DNA from: Octopus sinensis
Taxonomy: Eukaryota
DNA: 64,000 nucleotides
Reading direction: 5' to 3'
Assembly: GCF_006345805.1 (NCBI RefSeq)
Contig: NC_043020.1
Location: 30,132,001 to 30,196,000 of the forward strand
The notes beneath the pieces were generated by a model. That model ran no database searches, was not told where the DNA came from, and saw nothing but the letters and a program-made list of their open reading frames with translations. Position 1 is the first letter of the stretch. Every line of letters starts with the position of its first letter. The translations under genes and the position numbers were made by a program. Of this stretch, positions 40,359 to 53,600 are shown piece after piece.

Positions 40359-41233
40359 AAACAATATACACATCCATGTGCACACTCATATACATACATA
40401 TATATATATATACATACATACATACACACACATCCTCATGAACTTGAATATACACCCCTCCCCCAAGAAAACTCAAATAACTGCACTCATACATACATGC
40501 CTTTAAGAACATAAACAAGCATTAACGACTTTTGTGTCTACATACCTGACGTATAACATATTTATTGCATAGATACACACAGACCACATCCGAGCAAAGT
40601 AGACGCAAGAATATGTATTGCCAGAATATATCATTCATCATTCTACTGACAAAAAAAAAACATATTACTATCTGCAGATATATATATATATCAGTATGTG
40701 AGTGCATGTGTGTGTGTGTGTATACATACATCTACACACACACACACACGTCTATACAAAATTAGCACATATATATATACATACATACATACACACATAC
40801 AGTAAGATGAATAGAAGGATCTAAAGCAATTAGTGGTTGTCTGCATCTGTCAGTATAAAACTGTTCAAAATTGAGATAAATTGATTTTACATAAGGAAGG
40901 AGGAATTTAAGTCTACCACAAAACCTCTCCTAAAAATGGTAACATTTAAATTCTTCGTGGTAAACCAATTTATTCCACTTTTGGACTCAGATGGGTTTCA
41001 AGTTGGCAGAAGGCATGCAGTATGAGATGACAAGTTGTAGGCTTTCATGGGCTTCAGTATCTCAGTGGCACCATTGGAAAATAATGGAAACTTTATAAAG
41101 ATTTCAAAAACAAAATTAACATTTTTAAAATTTAAGACTTAAGAATTAGATACAGAAAGTTTAGGAGCACTTGAAAAAGAGTTGTTTTACATATGTCTAT
41201 ATAATTTCGTATGTATGTTTATATATATGTAAA

Positions 41234-41465
41234 TGTAATATGAGACAATTATTCGGTAGCCATGATAAAACTCCGAGTTTTGGATGCTGTGGTAGAAATC
41301 CATGCCACCATCTCTTCAGTTATCCGGCCATCGGAAAAATGCTATGAAAAATGACCGCATTTTTCCAATGGCCAGATAACTGAAGAGATGGCGGTGTGGA
41401 TTTCCACCTCGGCATCCGAAACTCGGAGTTTTGTCATGGCTACCAAATAATTGTCTCATATTACA
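41234..41465. ncRNA. Solo inverted pLTR pair of the PLE #1 family: head-to-head hammerhead motifs (+ copy intact at 41375-41435; - copy with G12A)
   Basis: Arms 41234-41342 and 41357-41465. Plus copy reads gataa-CTGAAGA-GATG..CATC-c-GAAA-CTC(g)GAG-TT-ttgtc. Homologous to 1185-1290. Confidence 0.75.
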
Positions 41466-41744
41466 CTTACAGATAAATTCCTCTATTTACATAATATCAA
41501 GGTCTCTTTCTTTTCTTATCTTACCGTTTTTGTTAAACCAGAGATGGTTTCCAGTATTAAAGAACTGCAGCAGGGTTCACCAGATACTATTTGGTACTTG
41601 TTTTTGACTCTGCTATTCTGCTAAATAGCAATAGATTATTGCTGAGAAATGGAAATACGAAGCTGGTAGTTGTAATTTGTGTTTTGTTTAAGCTTTTAAA
41701 CAAAGTGACATATCTGTGTGCACATAGTCACATTAATGTGGGTG

Positions 41745-41781
<37 letters not shown>

Positions 41782-41965
41782 GTATGTATATATGTATGTA
41801 TAGGAGTAAATGTAAGGACAAGCAAGTTAGTCAAGTCAATATATAGAAAATGTTAAATTCATTTTATACATCAACTTACTTGTTTTTACAATTACTCGTT
41901 TACCTGCTCAAGTTCAAATCTCTTGAGCACTACACAGTGTATTCTATACAGAGAATACCTGTCTC

Positions 41966-42056
<91 letters not shown>

Positions 42057-42321
42057 TACATACATACAATGTTTGTGTGTGGGTGTGTATTTTTTGGCAG
42101 CTATAGTTCTTATTGTTACTTTATTGATCTTAGCCGGATTTGAATTTGAAATGTAAACGAATTTAGCCAAATAGCAGTTACTTTGTCCAGCGCTCCTGCC
42201 AACCGTAACCTCTCTCTATGTGTGTTTATCCCATTTTTATCCTAACATGGTTGGGATATGTTTTATGCATTGAAACATTGGGTCAAGAAATTTTAGGTTA
42301 CATAGTAATTTGTGTGCATGC

Positions 42322-42378
<57 letters not shown>

Positions 42379-44079
42379 TGCATGAATAAATAATATGCAT
42401 ATTTATGTTTAGATAATTGTATCTCCATGTGCATGCATTGGCTGGGTGTATGTATTGTATTCCTTCTTTTATACAAATACATGCTATAGATCTGAATATT
42501 CTCTTGATCACCAAAAACAAATATACAGATTCTCATGCCACGTACACACACACATATACATGAACAAAATTTGTTAACACATTCTGAAATACCTTCAAAC
42601 TAACTCTTCATAAGTAACCATGCTTCAAAGAGACCTAGGCCTGGGCAACCAAAACGACAATAGCAAATCTTCCGCAAGACGAAGACACCAAAAACAGAAA
42701 CACCTGTAATATGCCTATAACAACCAAAAAAATTAGTGAGCAGATATTTATTTCTAAATCTTAATCTTGACTATATTTTTATTGATAGAACCTTTTTTGT
42801 AGAAATTGTGACTTTGTATATTGTGATTGCTTTAACACATCATTAAACATTGACGATACCTTTCAGATGGCGTTGTTATATTTTCATTCTGGTGTAATTC
42901 GGTGCCGGTCTGGCTGTGTGGTTGAGAAGCTTGCCTACCAACCACATGGTCCCGAGTTCAGTCTCACTGCATGGGCAAATGTCTTCTATAGACCTGGGTC
43001 GACCAAAGCCTCCAAAGCCTTGTAAATGGATTTGGTAGGCAGAAACTAAAAAAAGTCTGTTTATATATATATGTGTGTGTGTGTGTGTGGTAAGTGGCTT
43101 GCTTACCAACCATATGGTTCCGGGTTCAGTCGCACTGCGTGGCACCTTGGGCAAGTGTCTTTTACTATAGCCTGAAATGTCACTCACGAGGTGCAAGCAT
43201 GGCTGCTGTGTGGTTAAGAAGTTCGTTTCCCAACCATGTAGTTTTGAGTTCAATTTCACTACGTGACACTTTGGGCAAGTGTCTTCTACTGTAGTCCTAG
43301 GTTAGTAAACTGAAGCCTTGTTAATGGATTTGGTAGATGGAAACTGAAGGAAGCCCCTTGTGTATATATGGGGTGGGTTTGTGTGTTCTTTCACTGGTTT
43401 TAAACAATGGCTTCATTAACACTGCCATTTGCATGCAATCCACTTTGAAAGCATATCCAGGCTCTTTGACAAGTTGTGTGACTTCTGTAGATGATAGACA
43501 CATTTCAGTATTGCTTGTTCTCAATTCTCCATGTAAGCATATCTGGGCTGTTGTTGAATAAACTGAGACGTTATTGTCTCAGTTGAAATTAGGTGGGAGT
43601 TGATGATGGGTCTGAGTTTAGGCAACACTGCCTCAGCATCCTCGCATCCGATCCTGGCAGGGACGAGAAAGCGTAATGATGTCTGCTGCATAAGATATAT
43701 GTTATGATGTTGCTAAGTGGTAAGGTTGGAACTGGTAAATGAAGATCTATTTTGTTGGCTGTGTGAATAATGACTGAAGCAAGTCCTGAACAGGTAGCTG
43801 AAAATTTATTGCTGTGGAAGTGAAGATATTTGGTGTTGGCTGTTTACAATGAAGAGCATTAATAATTACAGACTGGGAAAGATGAAAACAGCTCTGTGTC
43901 CGTAGGAGTTACTTGTGAGATGTTGAGTGAATGTCCAGTTTGGTCTGTCTGAGAACCTCGACTGACCACATTGGCATAAGTGGAGGCATCTGTTGCTCCA
44001 CTACCTTCAACACTCTGCAATTAATTGAGTGATAAATTGGGTTTTTTTTGTATAGAGAACGGGAAGAATATTTCAAGAA

Positions 44080-44648
44080 AACCATATTGTGCCACAGTAG
44101 GATGCTGATTGGTTGATTAAGAGGACGTCCGGCAAATCGTGGTGGAGTAAAAACCCATTGTAACTGGTGAGGAATTGGTAGAGAAGCTTGGATTTGGTCA
44201 TTCAACCATTCATTGACACTTGCGTGCCATCGGAAAAGTCAACAAATTGGGTCAATGGGTTCCTCACAAACTTTTCGAGTTTAATCATGTGCAAAGAGTG
44301 AATGTGTTCTCTTCTTTGCTGTCACGTTTCACGAATGAACCTTTTTTTTGGGTGGGGGACCGAATAGGGACTGGTGATGAGAAATGATTATCATTTAGTC
44401 CGCAGTCTTCAAAATTATTTGGACAGAAAAAATATGAATTCTGTAGATGAGGTTAAAAGAGTATTGGAGGAGCATCAAGGACAAGCGAATTTTGGAAGAG
44501 GGGCCTTGCAAGTCTCGCACATAGATGGAAGAGCATTGTAGAAAATGAAGGAGAGTATATTTTAGATTAAAAAAGAACTTTATTTATCTTAATTTTGAAA
44601 AATAAAAGAAGTATAAAACAACCACATTATTTATGGGATGACCCAATG
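44080..44648 (+). mobile_element. Internally deleted mariner element
   Basis: GQWVPHKL, RIGTGDEK* joined directly to YHLVRSLQNYL..RWKSIVENEGEYILD*; TIR-like cattatttatgggatgacccaat. Confidence 0.8.
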
Positions 44649-46522
44649 TGTGTGTCCGTCCTTGTTTAGATATTGTGATAATTATAAATGAGTGTGACTC
44701 ACATACAAGCTGTGTCCTTCATTGCCAATACTCTGTGGATTCATGTCTGGCCATGGGGGAAATATTACCTTCATTGGAAACAGGTGAGGGTTGGCGACAG
44801 GAAAGTCATCCAGCCATAGAAAATCTGGCTCCTTCCAACCCATGAAAACAGAAAAATGGACGTTAAAACGATGATAATATTAATCAGGACGTCTTCGGAA
44901 AATACTTGGCTTATTCGCAGTAACACATCAACGATAATCGAGATGAAAAGATAACCCCCACTCCCCTGTAAATTAGTGGTTAATTGCATTGATCTAATGA
45001 GCCACCAAAGTAGTCTATGTACCTCTCGAACTACTAGATATAGCAGCTAAATCTCCTTCAAAACATACGTTAACATTAAAAGACAGAAAAAAAAATCATT
45101 GGACAGCGAGGGTCCTTGGTGCATTGCGTCTGATGAAACGGGCTGGTCACAGCTAGAATTCCTTTGATCCTACTAAATATAGGTGGACATACTTAAAGTA
45201 CTCAGCGTTCAAAAATATGATTAAAAATCTCTTATTTTTGCACAAGGTCAGCAATTATGGTCGGGGAAGGTGTATGTAGATTACATCGAAAGCGGTATTT
45301 GACGGGTATTTTATTTTATCCCTGGCAGAATTCGAACTCAGAATGTAATTAAGTCGGTAAAAATGTTGCTAGATATTTTTGTCCGACGCGCAAACGATTC
45401 CGCCAGTTCGCTGCTTTGAAAAAAAAAAAAATATTAGAAATAATTCTATAGTAATAATAAAGAGAAATAAATATTGGAGATGCTTTTGCGCTCGCAGAAA
45501 CTGCGCGAGCTCCTCAGATGTATCGCAAGCTCTTTTTCTGAAACCATTGCAATTTTGGAAATCCTTCTGTGAGTGTAGCAGGAATCTGAGGGCCACATGC
45601 GTTCTGCTCCCTCCTAATCTGTATGTCACGCCTGAGTTGGGGCAGCGACGGTTGACTTAGTCTTCGTCTGCTGAAGGGTTTCCACTTGCGGTCTTTTATC
45701 AGCCATAGCTACCTTGAGCTGGTTTCACCTGTCATGAATATCTACTTGGTGGATTTCCTCAGTTGCCTGGGGTTCCAGACCAATATTCTGTGGGAGAGAG
45801 CGCACCGACCCAGCTGGAAAACCGTCGCCAACACGAGATCATCTCAAGAATGAACGACAAGTAAGGGAGACAACTCGATGTGCTTCTCTTTTAAGACGGA
45901 AAAATGGTCGGAATCATTGTCAGAGGATCTGATGAAATACCTTGTGGTATTTTTGTGTCCGCTCCCTTCGCATCGAGTTCAAAACTCGCCGAGATTAACT
46001 TTGCTTTTCATCCTTTCGGGATCGATGAAATAAGGTACCCGTCAAGTTCTAGCAGCGATATTTCTTTGAGATCTTAATGATCTGAGCTTAAATCCTGCTC
46101 AAGTGAACGTCACCTATCAACACTCCGGCTCCGATAAAATAGACAAAGAAGATATTGGGATCAACCGAATCAACAAACCTGCAGCGCCTGTAAATTGCTG
46201 GCTTTGTACCGAAGTAAGGAACCTGTTAAATAAACTATCTATTCAGTTACGGCTCTTTACGCTCAGAGTTCAAATCCTATCGATAAAATAAAGTTCCAAT
46301 CAAATGCCGCGGGTTCGATGCTATCTATTGATACCTGAAATTTCTAGCTTTGTCTTTTATCGTTTGGATTGCGGTCATGTTGGGGCACTGTCTTGAAGAG
46401 TTTTAAAAAAAATCAGGTACTTATTCTATCGGTATCTCTTGGCGAACTGCTAAGTTACGGAGATATAAACAAACTAATACCGGTTGTCAAGCAGTAAAGG
46501 GACAAAACAGTCACAAACTGCA

Positions 46523-46605
<83 letters not shown>

Positions 46606-47194
46606 GACGGGCTTCCATACAGTCTCTGTTTACTAAAGTCACTCATTAGGCATTGATCAGTCAAAGGCTATAGTAGAAGACACTTGCCCAATGTGCTGCG
46701 CAGTTGGATGGAACCTGGAACCACGCTGCTGCAACGCAAGCATCTTATCCACACAGCCACACCAGCGCCTATATTCTTGCATATAACCCTTTCTGCTCTA
46801 GGTACAAGGCCTGAAAATTTGGGAGACGGGGTTAAGTCTATCACATTGACCCCAGTGTTTCACTGGTACTTAATTTATCGACCCCGAAAGAATAAAAGGC
46901 AACGTCGACCTCGGTGGGATTTGAACTCAATGCTTGCATATAATAAAAATCAAATTGGGCAGAGCATTGGTAGAATGGTTGGAGCGTTGAGAAAAAATGC
47001 CTTGCGGTATTTATTCTGGTTCTTAACTTTCAAATCCCTCTGAGGTCCATTTTGCCTTTCGCCCTTTCGGAGTCGATAAAATAAAGTACGATTCAGCTCC
47101 GGCTCCATCCTTACTGCAACGGAGGCGAACCCGAGTACCGCCACCCCTAACGCAGACGATAGAAAAATCAATAACTGCAGAAGCCCGGCAGGCC

Positions 47195-47751
47195 GCGAAA
47201 AATTTTTTCCCTCGCGAGAGTTCCGGATCCCAGTTATGAACTCATTTGCATACAGCCAATCAGAGCACAACTTTCAAACTAATTTATGAGTGCATAAATT
47301 AGTGATGGGTAATAAGATAAGGTCACGTGGGTAAGGAATGACCATGCTTCTTTTCTCTTTTGATAATGCTTGTTGTTCTTGTTCTTGTTCCAACCATGGC
47401 TGCCTCTGCAGAGTTATTTGTGTTGTTGTTTACTTTGTAAAACAGTTAGGGGAGAGGGTTGTTAGCCCATCACCCTCTACCCACATTTTCCCCCATCCAC
47501 ATCTTTACCTTATGGGGACCTAACAAAATCCGATAATAGGTAATAGATGCAAATCTATCTAATTACTTGTCTCCTTCTAAAATCAGGCAAAACTTGGTGG
47601 TGATCGGTCGACTTACAACACCGTTCTTCGTCTTGAGTTTATTTGGTAGAATGGTTTGTTAACTTGACAAGATCAAGGTGAGCTCTGATTGGCTGTATGT
47701 AAATGAGTTCATTAATGGGGTCCGGAACTCCAGTGGGAAAAAAAAATTCGC
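47195..47751. mobile_element. MITE-like inverted repeat whose ~74-bp arms carry octamer and CCAAT motifs
   Basis: gagttccggatcccagttatgaactcATTTGCATacagCCAATcagagcac (left) versus the reverse complement at 47678-47751. Confidence 0.65.
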
Positions 47752-49003
47752 CAGCTGACCACCATCAGTTTGTGCCGGTCGCCGTCGAGAAGTCAGGTGT
47801 TCTCGGACTCCGCTAAATCGGAATACTGGCGGCCCTTCTGATGAATGAGACTCACGGGGTGGAGTGGCTGTGGCAGCAAGGGTCGGAAACGACCACGGGA
47901 TGCAGTCGGATATGTTATTTGTCCCGGAGTGCGCGGCCCATTGCTCCTTCCCCCTCCATCTTCGGCTGCTTAATTCCGCCCGCCGCTTTTTTTATTACTC
48001 TTTCTTTGTATTTAAATGTTATTAATAAAATATCTAATAAATGTCTACAGAGAGAGAGAGAGAGAGAGAAAAAAAAGCCCTCAAGTATTGGGGTTCGACG
48101 TAATCATCCACCCGCCACCCGTTCCTCAAGTATAGGTTTTGTACCTATACTTGAAACAGTTTAAAGAAGATGGGTTGACAGAATCGTTAGAGCGCCGGAC
48201 AAGATGTCTTGCGGAATTTCTAGGGGATCTTTACGTTCTGAGTTCAAATTCGGCCGAGGTCAACTTTGCCTTTCATCCTTCTAGGGTCGATAAAATAAAG
48301 TACCAGTGAAACAGAAGAATTGATAGATATAACCCACTAGTTCCCCCCCCCACTCCCCAAATTGTGTCTGTAGTAGTAGTAGTAGTAGTAGTAGTAGTAA
48401 TAGTAGTAGTAGTAAACGAAATAAATTACGTTGAAGGAAAATGACGCTCAAAGATTCAGGTTAGAGAGAGAGAGAGAGAGAAAGAGAGCTTGGCTGTCTT
48501 TTACATAAAACTAACAATGTTGAGCTACGAACAGGAATTCCTGGTGAAGTTAAGAGATAACAAAACCGTTCTCCGGACGCCTCTTGGCTTGCATTTAAAT
48601 CTGGCGTACATGTTATAAAGGATTGAAGAATCGCGTTCCTGCGTGAGGCTGTTTGTTGAAGAAAAGCAAAACTGCTAAATTTGAATTCATTAACAGAAGA
48701 ACAAGCAAGGAACAAACTATATATCGACCAAAAAACACAAAACGGTAGACAGAAAAATGCGAAAACAATCAAATGAAAAACAGTTACGGATTACCAAAAC
48801 AACCATCTAGAAGTTGAATAATAAACAACCAAGCTTTCTCTTATCTATATATCTATATATATATACATATATATATTTGAGTGATAGAGAGAGGGGGGAA
48901 TATATATATGTATATATATATAGACATATAAACACATTTAGTTTTTAAACTAAAAAAAATAATAAAATAAGAGAGACACTTATATAAAATAAAAGATAAC
49001 AGT

Positions 49004-50662
49004 ATGAATAACAGTGGTACAGCCCATGCTGGAACTGACTTCGAAAGTCACAAGAGAAATTCTAGAAATAAACGGTCGTCGAAACGAAACTCAAATCAGT
49101 ATTTCTTTAAAGATTCGAAAAAAAACAACGAAGTCCCCCAAAATCTTTGCGGTACACACCAGAATGTCAACCAACAAAATCAAAAACGAAGAGACAATAT
49201 GAAAATTCAAATGAACGAATATTTTCCAAATTCTGCGCATAATATTCAAACAATGCCAATATATTCTTCTCCTGCATCAAACGAGGGGATGCTTTCACCA
49301 GTCATGGAGTTTGCCAATTCCATGACCCCACCGACACACACAGCGCCTCCTGCCGGAGACCAAATGATGATGAACCCCAATCAAGTGATTACCTATTCAG
49401 CCCCTGGTCAGTGGATCCAGCAAACTACATTACTGCCAAACCAGTCGACCCTGCCCGTACAGCATTATCATATGGCCCCTGCGACTATCAACAGTCCACC
49501 GTTTTACCCGCATTCCATTTCTAACCCTAATGCTATGAGTTACATGCATTCATGTGGCGATTCTCTTCCACCCCAGAAATCAATGTCGGTGCCAGCCATG
49601 CAGAGTTATAAAATGGAACAAAGAAGACAACAGTCTCTCATCCAGATAGTCAACCCGAACACCGGTGAAGATATTTCAAAAGAGATTTTGACTAATCGAA
49701 TGGATGAAGACTTACAGGAATTGGATTCGTTCAGAGACAATCAAATCAATTTACTGGCAAAAGTAACGGAAACAACAACCACACACGAATCTCAGAATCC
49801 CGTTCCAGGTGTAATGGTTCCATATCTAATCCATCCGATTCATTTGCAAGAGGTTAACCCAGTGCAACAGATAATGTTTGAATCTCATATACCGCTCTCA
49901 CATACAAGCGAAAATATTCAGGAACAGTCTACGACCCAAACACAAATTGAAATGTTTGACGAAGAACAGGAGAAACCCATCAATTGCAATAACGGAAATA
50001 TTTCGGTTCAAACAGTTATTGGCACTGTAAAAGAAGATCCGGTCCATCGACCAGCCTTGCCGCAGTCCGAAAACATGATGAAAACCGTGTCAACGGAAAA
50101 CCAGTCGACGCAAGAAAGTAGCGAAATGCTACCGAATAAAATTGTGGATTCTGTCGAAGAATTTGTCCCCCAAAATACAGTTGAGAATGAAACGCTGGCA
50201 CCAGAAGAAGTCAATTCGGTGCAGCGGCATAATCAGGTTTCTATAGTGTATCCGGTTCTAAATAAGTGTCATAGTAAAATGTCGCAGACAAATGCTATGG
50301 ATACAAGCACTGCGGCCCAGGCTCGTACCGAAAACCACCCCATTGAATCTAATTCAGTTGAACAACCGTTTCAGGTGGGCCTGCCATCATACGCTGAGAT
50401 GACCCAACATCAAATTCCTTCTATGACCCCTTTGCAAGTGACTCAAGTTCAAACTCCGCTTCTACCAGCCGTTTCGGACCCTAACCAATTACAAACACGC
50501 CAGCCAGTTGTTGCATACCTACCTGTTGTATTTTATTTAGAGGGAACAATTCCAAATGGAGATCCCATCGCAGGACCCCGTTCGTTCCAAGGGTCTGCCC
50601 ACCCCCAGCCTCTATCTGCACACGGCGCAAAACCAACACAAGGCATTCAAGTGGATATCTAA
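49004..50662 (+). CDS. Intronless 552-aa Gln/Pro/Thr-rich protein similar to the eIF4G N-terminal region, including a PABP-binding-like motif; ends without eIF4E-binding or MIF4G domains
   Basis: Intact long ORF. [24 protein letters not shown] resembles eIF4G [38 protein letters not shown] resembles AGSQVMMIPSQISY (human eIF4G1 recalled from memory). Confidence 0.75.
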   Translation: [552 protein letters not shown]

Positions 50663-53600
50663 AAAAAAAAACAGAAAGAAAGAAAAGAAACAAAAACGGA
50701 TGTAATATTTCGCAAATTGCTTATTTTCAGTTTATAATGAACTAATCTAGATTTAAGAAAGAAAGAGAGAACGAAAGAAAGAATGAATGGAAAGGAGGAA
50801 AGACTAAAAGCTTTTTCACGGCAACGGAGCAGAATTTCGAATCCTGGGGATAAAACGTTTGAAAGAAAAAAAATTCAGTTTATAACAAAGGATTACAACC
50901 GTAAAAAGATATCGGAGCAGGGAAGACGGAATTTTCAATTGAAATTTTTTTTCCTTGTTGACTCGTTCGAGATGTTTCTTTATGAAACACATTTTTTAAA
51001 GATTATTTTGAAAATTATTTTAAAACAAGGAACATAGCTTTAAAGTACATAACTTTAAATGAAAAATGACAAATCTTATAAACTCTATAAGAGATGCTTG
51101 TCTGTAAGAGAAAAGGAAAAATCAGGAAAAACTTATATCGACAGAAGAAAAAAAAAATTGTGTAAAATTGGAACATATTTATTGTTGGGATGTTTTTGTG
51201 CATTTTTTTATTCTTAATTTTTGTTTCTTTTATTTTTCTATTTTTTTTGCAATAAGCCTGAATATTTTAGTGACATTTTTTTCTCAAAGAAATTCTCAAG
51301 ATTATTATTATTATTGTTGTTGTTGTTGTTATACTGCGGTATAAAATTGCAATGGAAAATAAAGTTAATTCGATATTATATATTTATAAATTTTGAAAGG
51401 CTTCTAAAAAATCTAAATTGTCAAAAGAGAAAGAGAAAAAAAATTTAACGGCTGTTAAATAATTTCCTAGTTTACCGTTTCTTTAAAATTATTTACTTAT
51501 ATTAAGGTCTAGAGTTCAAATTAAACTCAGTATTCCGTTTTTATTGTTGCTTAAGCTTCCAGGTCAGCCCCGTCTGAGCAGAAACATTTATGGTCAAAGT
51601 CGTTCCACATGTGACCATCTTTGATTCAGACAGCAAATCAAAGAACACATTCGTTAGAATTTGTCTCAAATTTTGGCACAAGTTCAGCAATTTTTTTTGT
51701 GTGTGTGAGTTAAAATTTCGCAGAGGTCGGTTTTGCCTTTCATGCTTTTGGGGTCGATAAATTAAGTACCAGTTGAACACTGGGGTTGATGTAATTGACT
51801 CATCTCCACTCCCAAATTGCTACCCTTGTGAAGCTGGACGAAATGCTTGGCGGCATTTCGTCCGTCTTTACGTTCTGAGTTCAAATGCCGTCGAGGTCGA
51901 CTTTGCCTTTTATCCTTTCAGGGTCGATAGATTAAGTACCAGTGATTCATTGGGGTCGATCTAATCGACTTGTCTCCTCCCCCAAAATTTCAGGCCTTCT
52001 GCCTATAGCAGAAAGGATTATATTATTTTCATACTTATTTATGCCTTTCTTCTCCTTAAAGTAAGGCTAAGGTTTTGGAGCGGAAAAGGGCACAAATTTG
52101 GAGGGGGGTGGGAGCTAAATATGGAACTTTTTCAAAAGTCGTAATTCCCATTGTATGAAAGACAAGAATACAATATACATGGCGAGTATCACTCAGTCTC
52201 CATTTTCTTTTCCTTCTCCATGAACTAATGGTTATTCCTAAATTCCACCAAAATAAGTTTAATCTCCCTCTAGTCTACATTATTTAACATTTCCTTTCCT
52301 TTTTGAAGAAGGAAGAGTGAAGTTGGGAGGATAATTGGTTGCTGTGTCTAGAAGCGTTACTTCATAGAGGTTCCTTGGTTGGCTTGCACTGTCGACAACA
52401 TAACGCCTTCCCATTCGATGTAAAGGTGACCATCTCCACTTGAGGAGCTAAATTTAGAGCTGCAAATTAATCAAAATCTTCGCCATTATATAGTTGACAG
52501 GTGAAGGCGGCGAGCTGGCAGAATCGTTAGCACGCCGGGAGAAATGCTTAGCGGCGTTTTTTTCCAGCTTCACGTTCTGAGTTCAAATTCCGCCAAGGTC
52601 GACTTTGCCTTTCATCTTTTTGGGGTTTGATAAAATAAGTACCAGTTGTAATCGACTCCTTTACAATTAATGGCCTTGTGCTAAAATTTGAAAGCATTAT
52701 GTAATACTGGTCGTGTCTGTAGAGGAGTAGGAATTATGCCTTTCGGTATTTGTTTCGGTTCGCTGCATTCTGAGTTCAAATCCCACCAAGGTCAACTTTA
52801 TCTTTCGTCCTTGGTCGATAAATAAAGTACCAGTTCAAAGAAGTGGGTTCGCTTGATACCTCATGGTATTTGCTCTAGTTCTTGGGGATTAGACTTAATC
52901 TGTTGCCCGGTTTAACTCTATCCTCTGGTCCTTGGGGTCGTTTTGGGCAATCCTAGCGTTTGGTGTCTCCCTTATCCGAGTTTTTACAGGCTTATATAGC
53001 AGATATAAAAGTGTTGTTCCCGTAAAAGCGTCACCCACGACGGATGGCCTCCTCGCCCTAGCTACACTACCGCTTTAGGGTCCGAATTGACTGTTTAGAG
53101 GATTCAGAGCAAGACTCCGGTTTAAAGATAACTTCCTTCTTGCCGTCTCGGAGGCCCTCAAAAAGTTCCGAGTAACGCTTTTAGGGGTGGAGCGGCATTT
53201 TTGGGTCCTCTGTGTGGGTCTGTACAAGCACGAGGGTGGCCGTCAGGATGGGGAACTCGAAGGTTGCCTTCCCTCCACCCGGTGCCATAAACTTTAGCTC
53301 CAGCCCTGAGGTGCTGCCCTTACAGTCCTCATTAAACGGTAGAAATAGGGGCACTGCGAGGGAAAGTATATCAGAGAAGAGTAAGGTTGGGAAATGCAGC
53401 TAATTTTTTTTTAAATCGTTGAAACTTGTGATGCTGCAATAAATATTTCTGAGTTCAATCCTAAATCAACGATCAGGCAGCTTCATGTTCCTTGACTAAG
53501 CTGTATAAAAGTAGAGCTAACACACTTGTAGTGGTTTATTTTAATATCTTTACTTAATTGAGACTAAACCCGGAATAAAGAAAATTGTTGAATAATTTTT

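Noticed and set aside
43340-44040. Coding-like minus-strand stretch (STYANVV..)
   Set aside because: Stops and frameshifts with no recognisable domain; possibly a LINE ORF1 relic but not supportable.
45470-45830. Possible Gypsy gag relic on the minus strand (SCYTHRR)
   Set aside because: Multiple stops and only one weak motif; insufficient support.
52850-53400. GC-richer segment that might be a LINE ORF1 or 5' region
   Set aside because: No diagnostic motif recognised.
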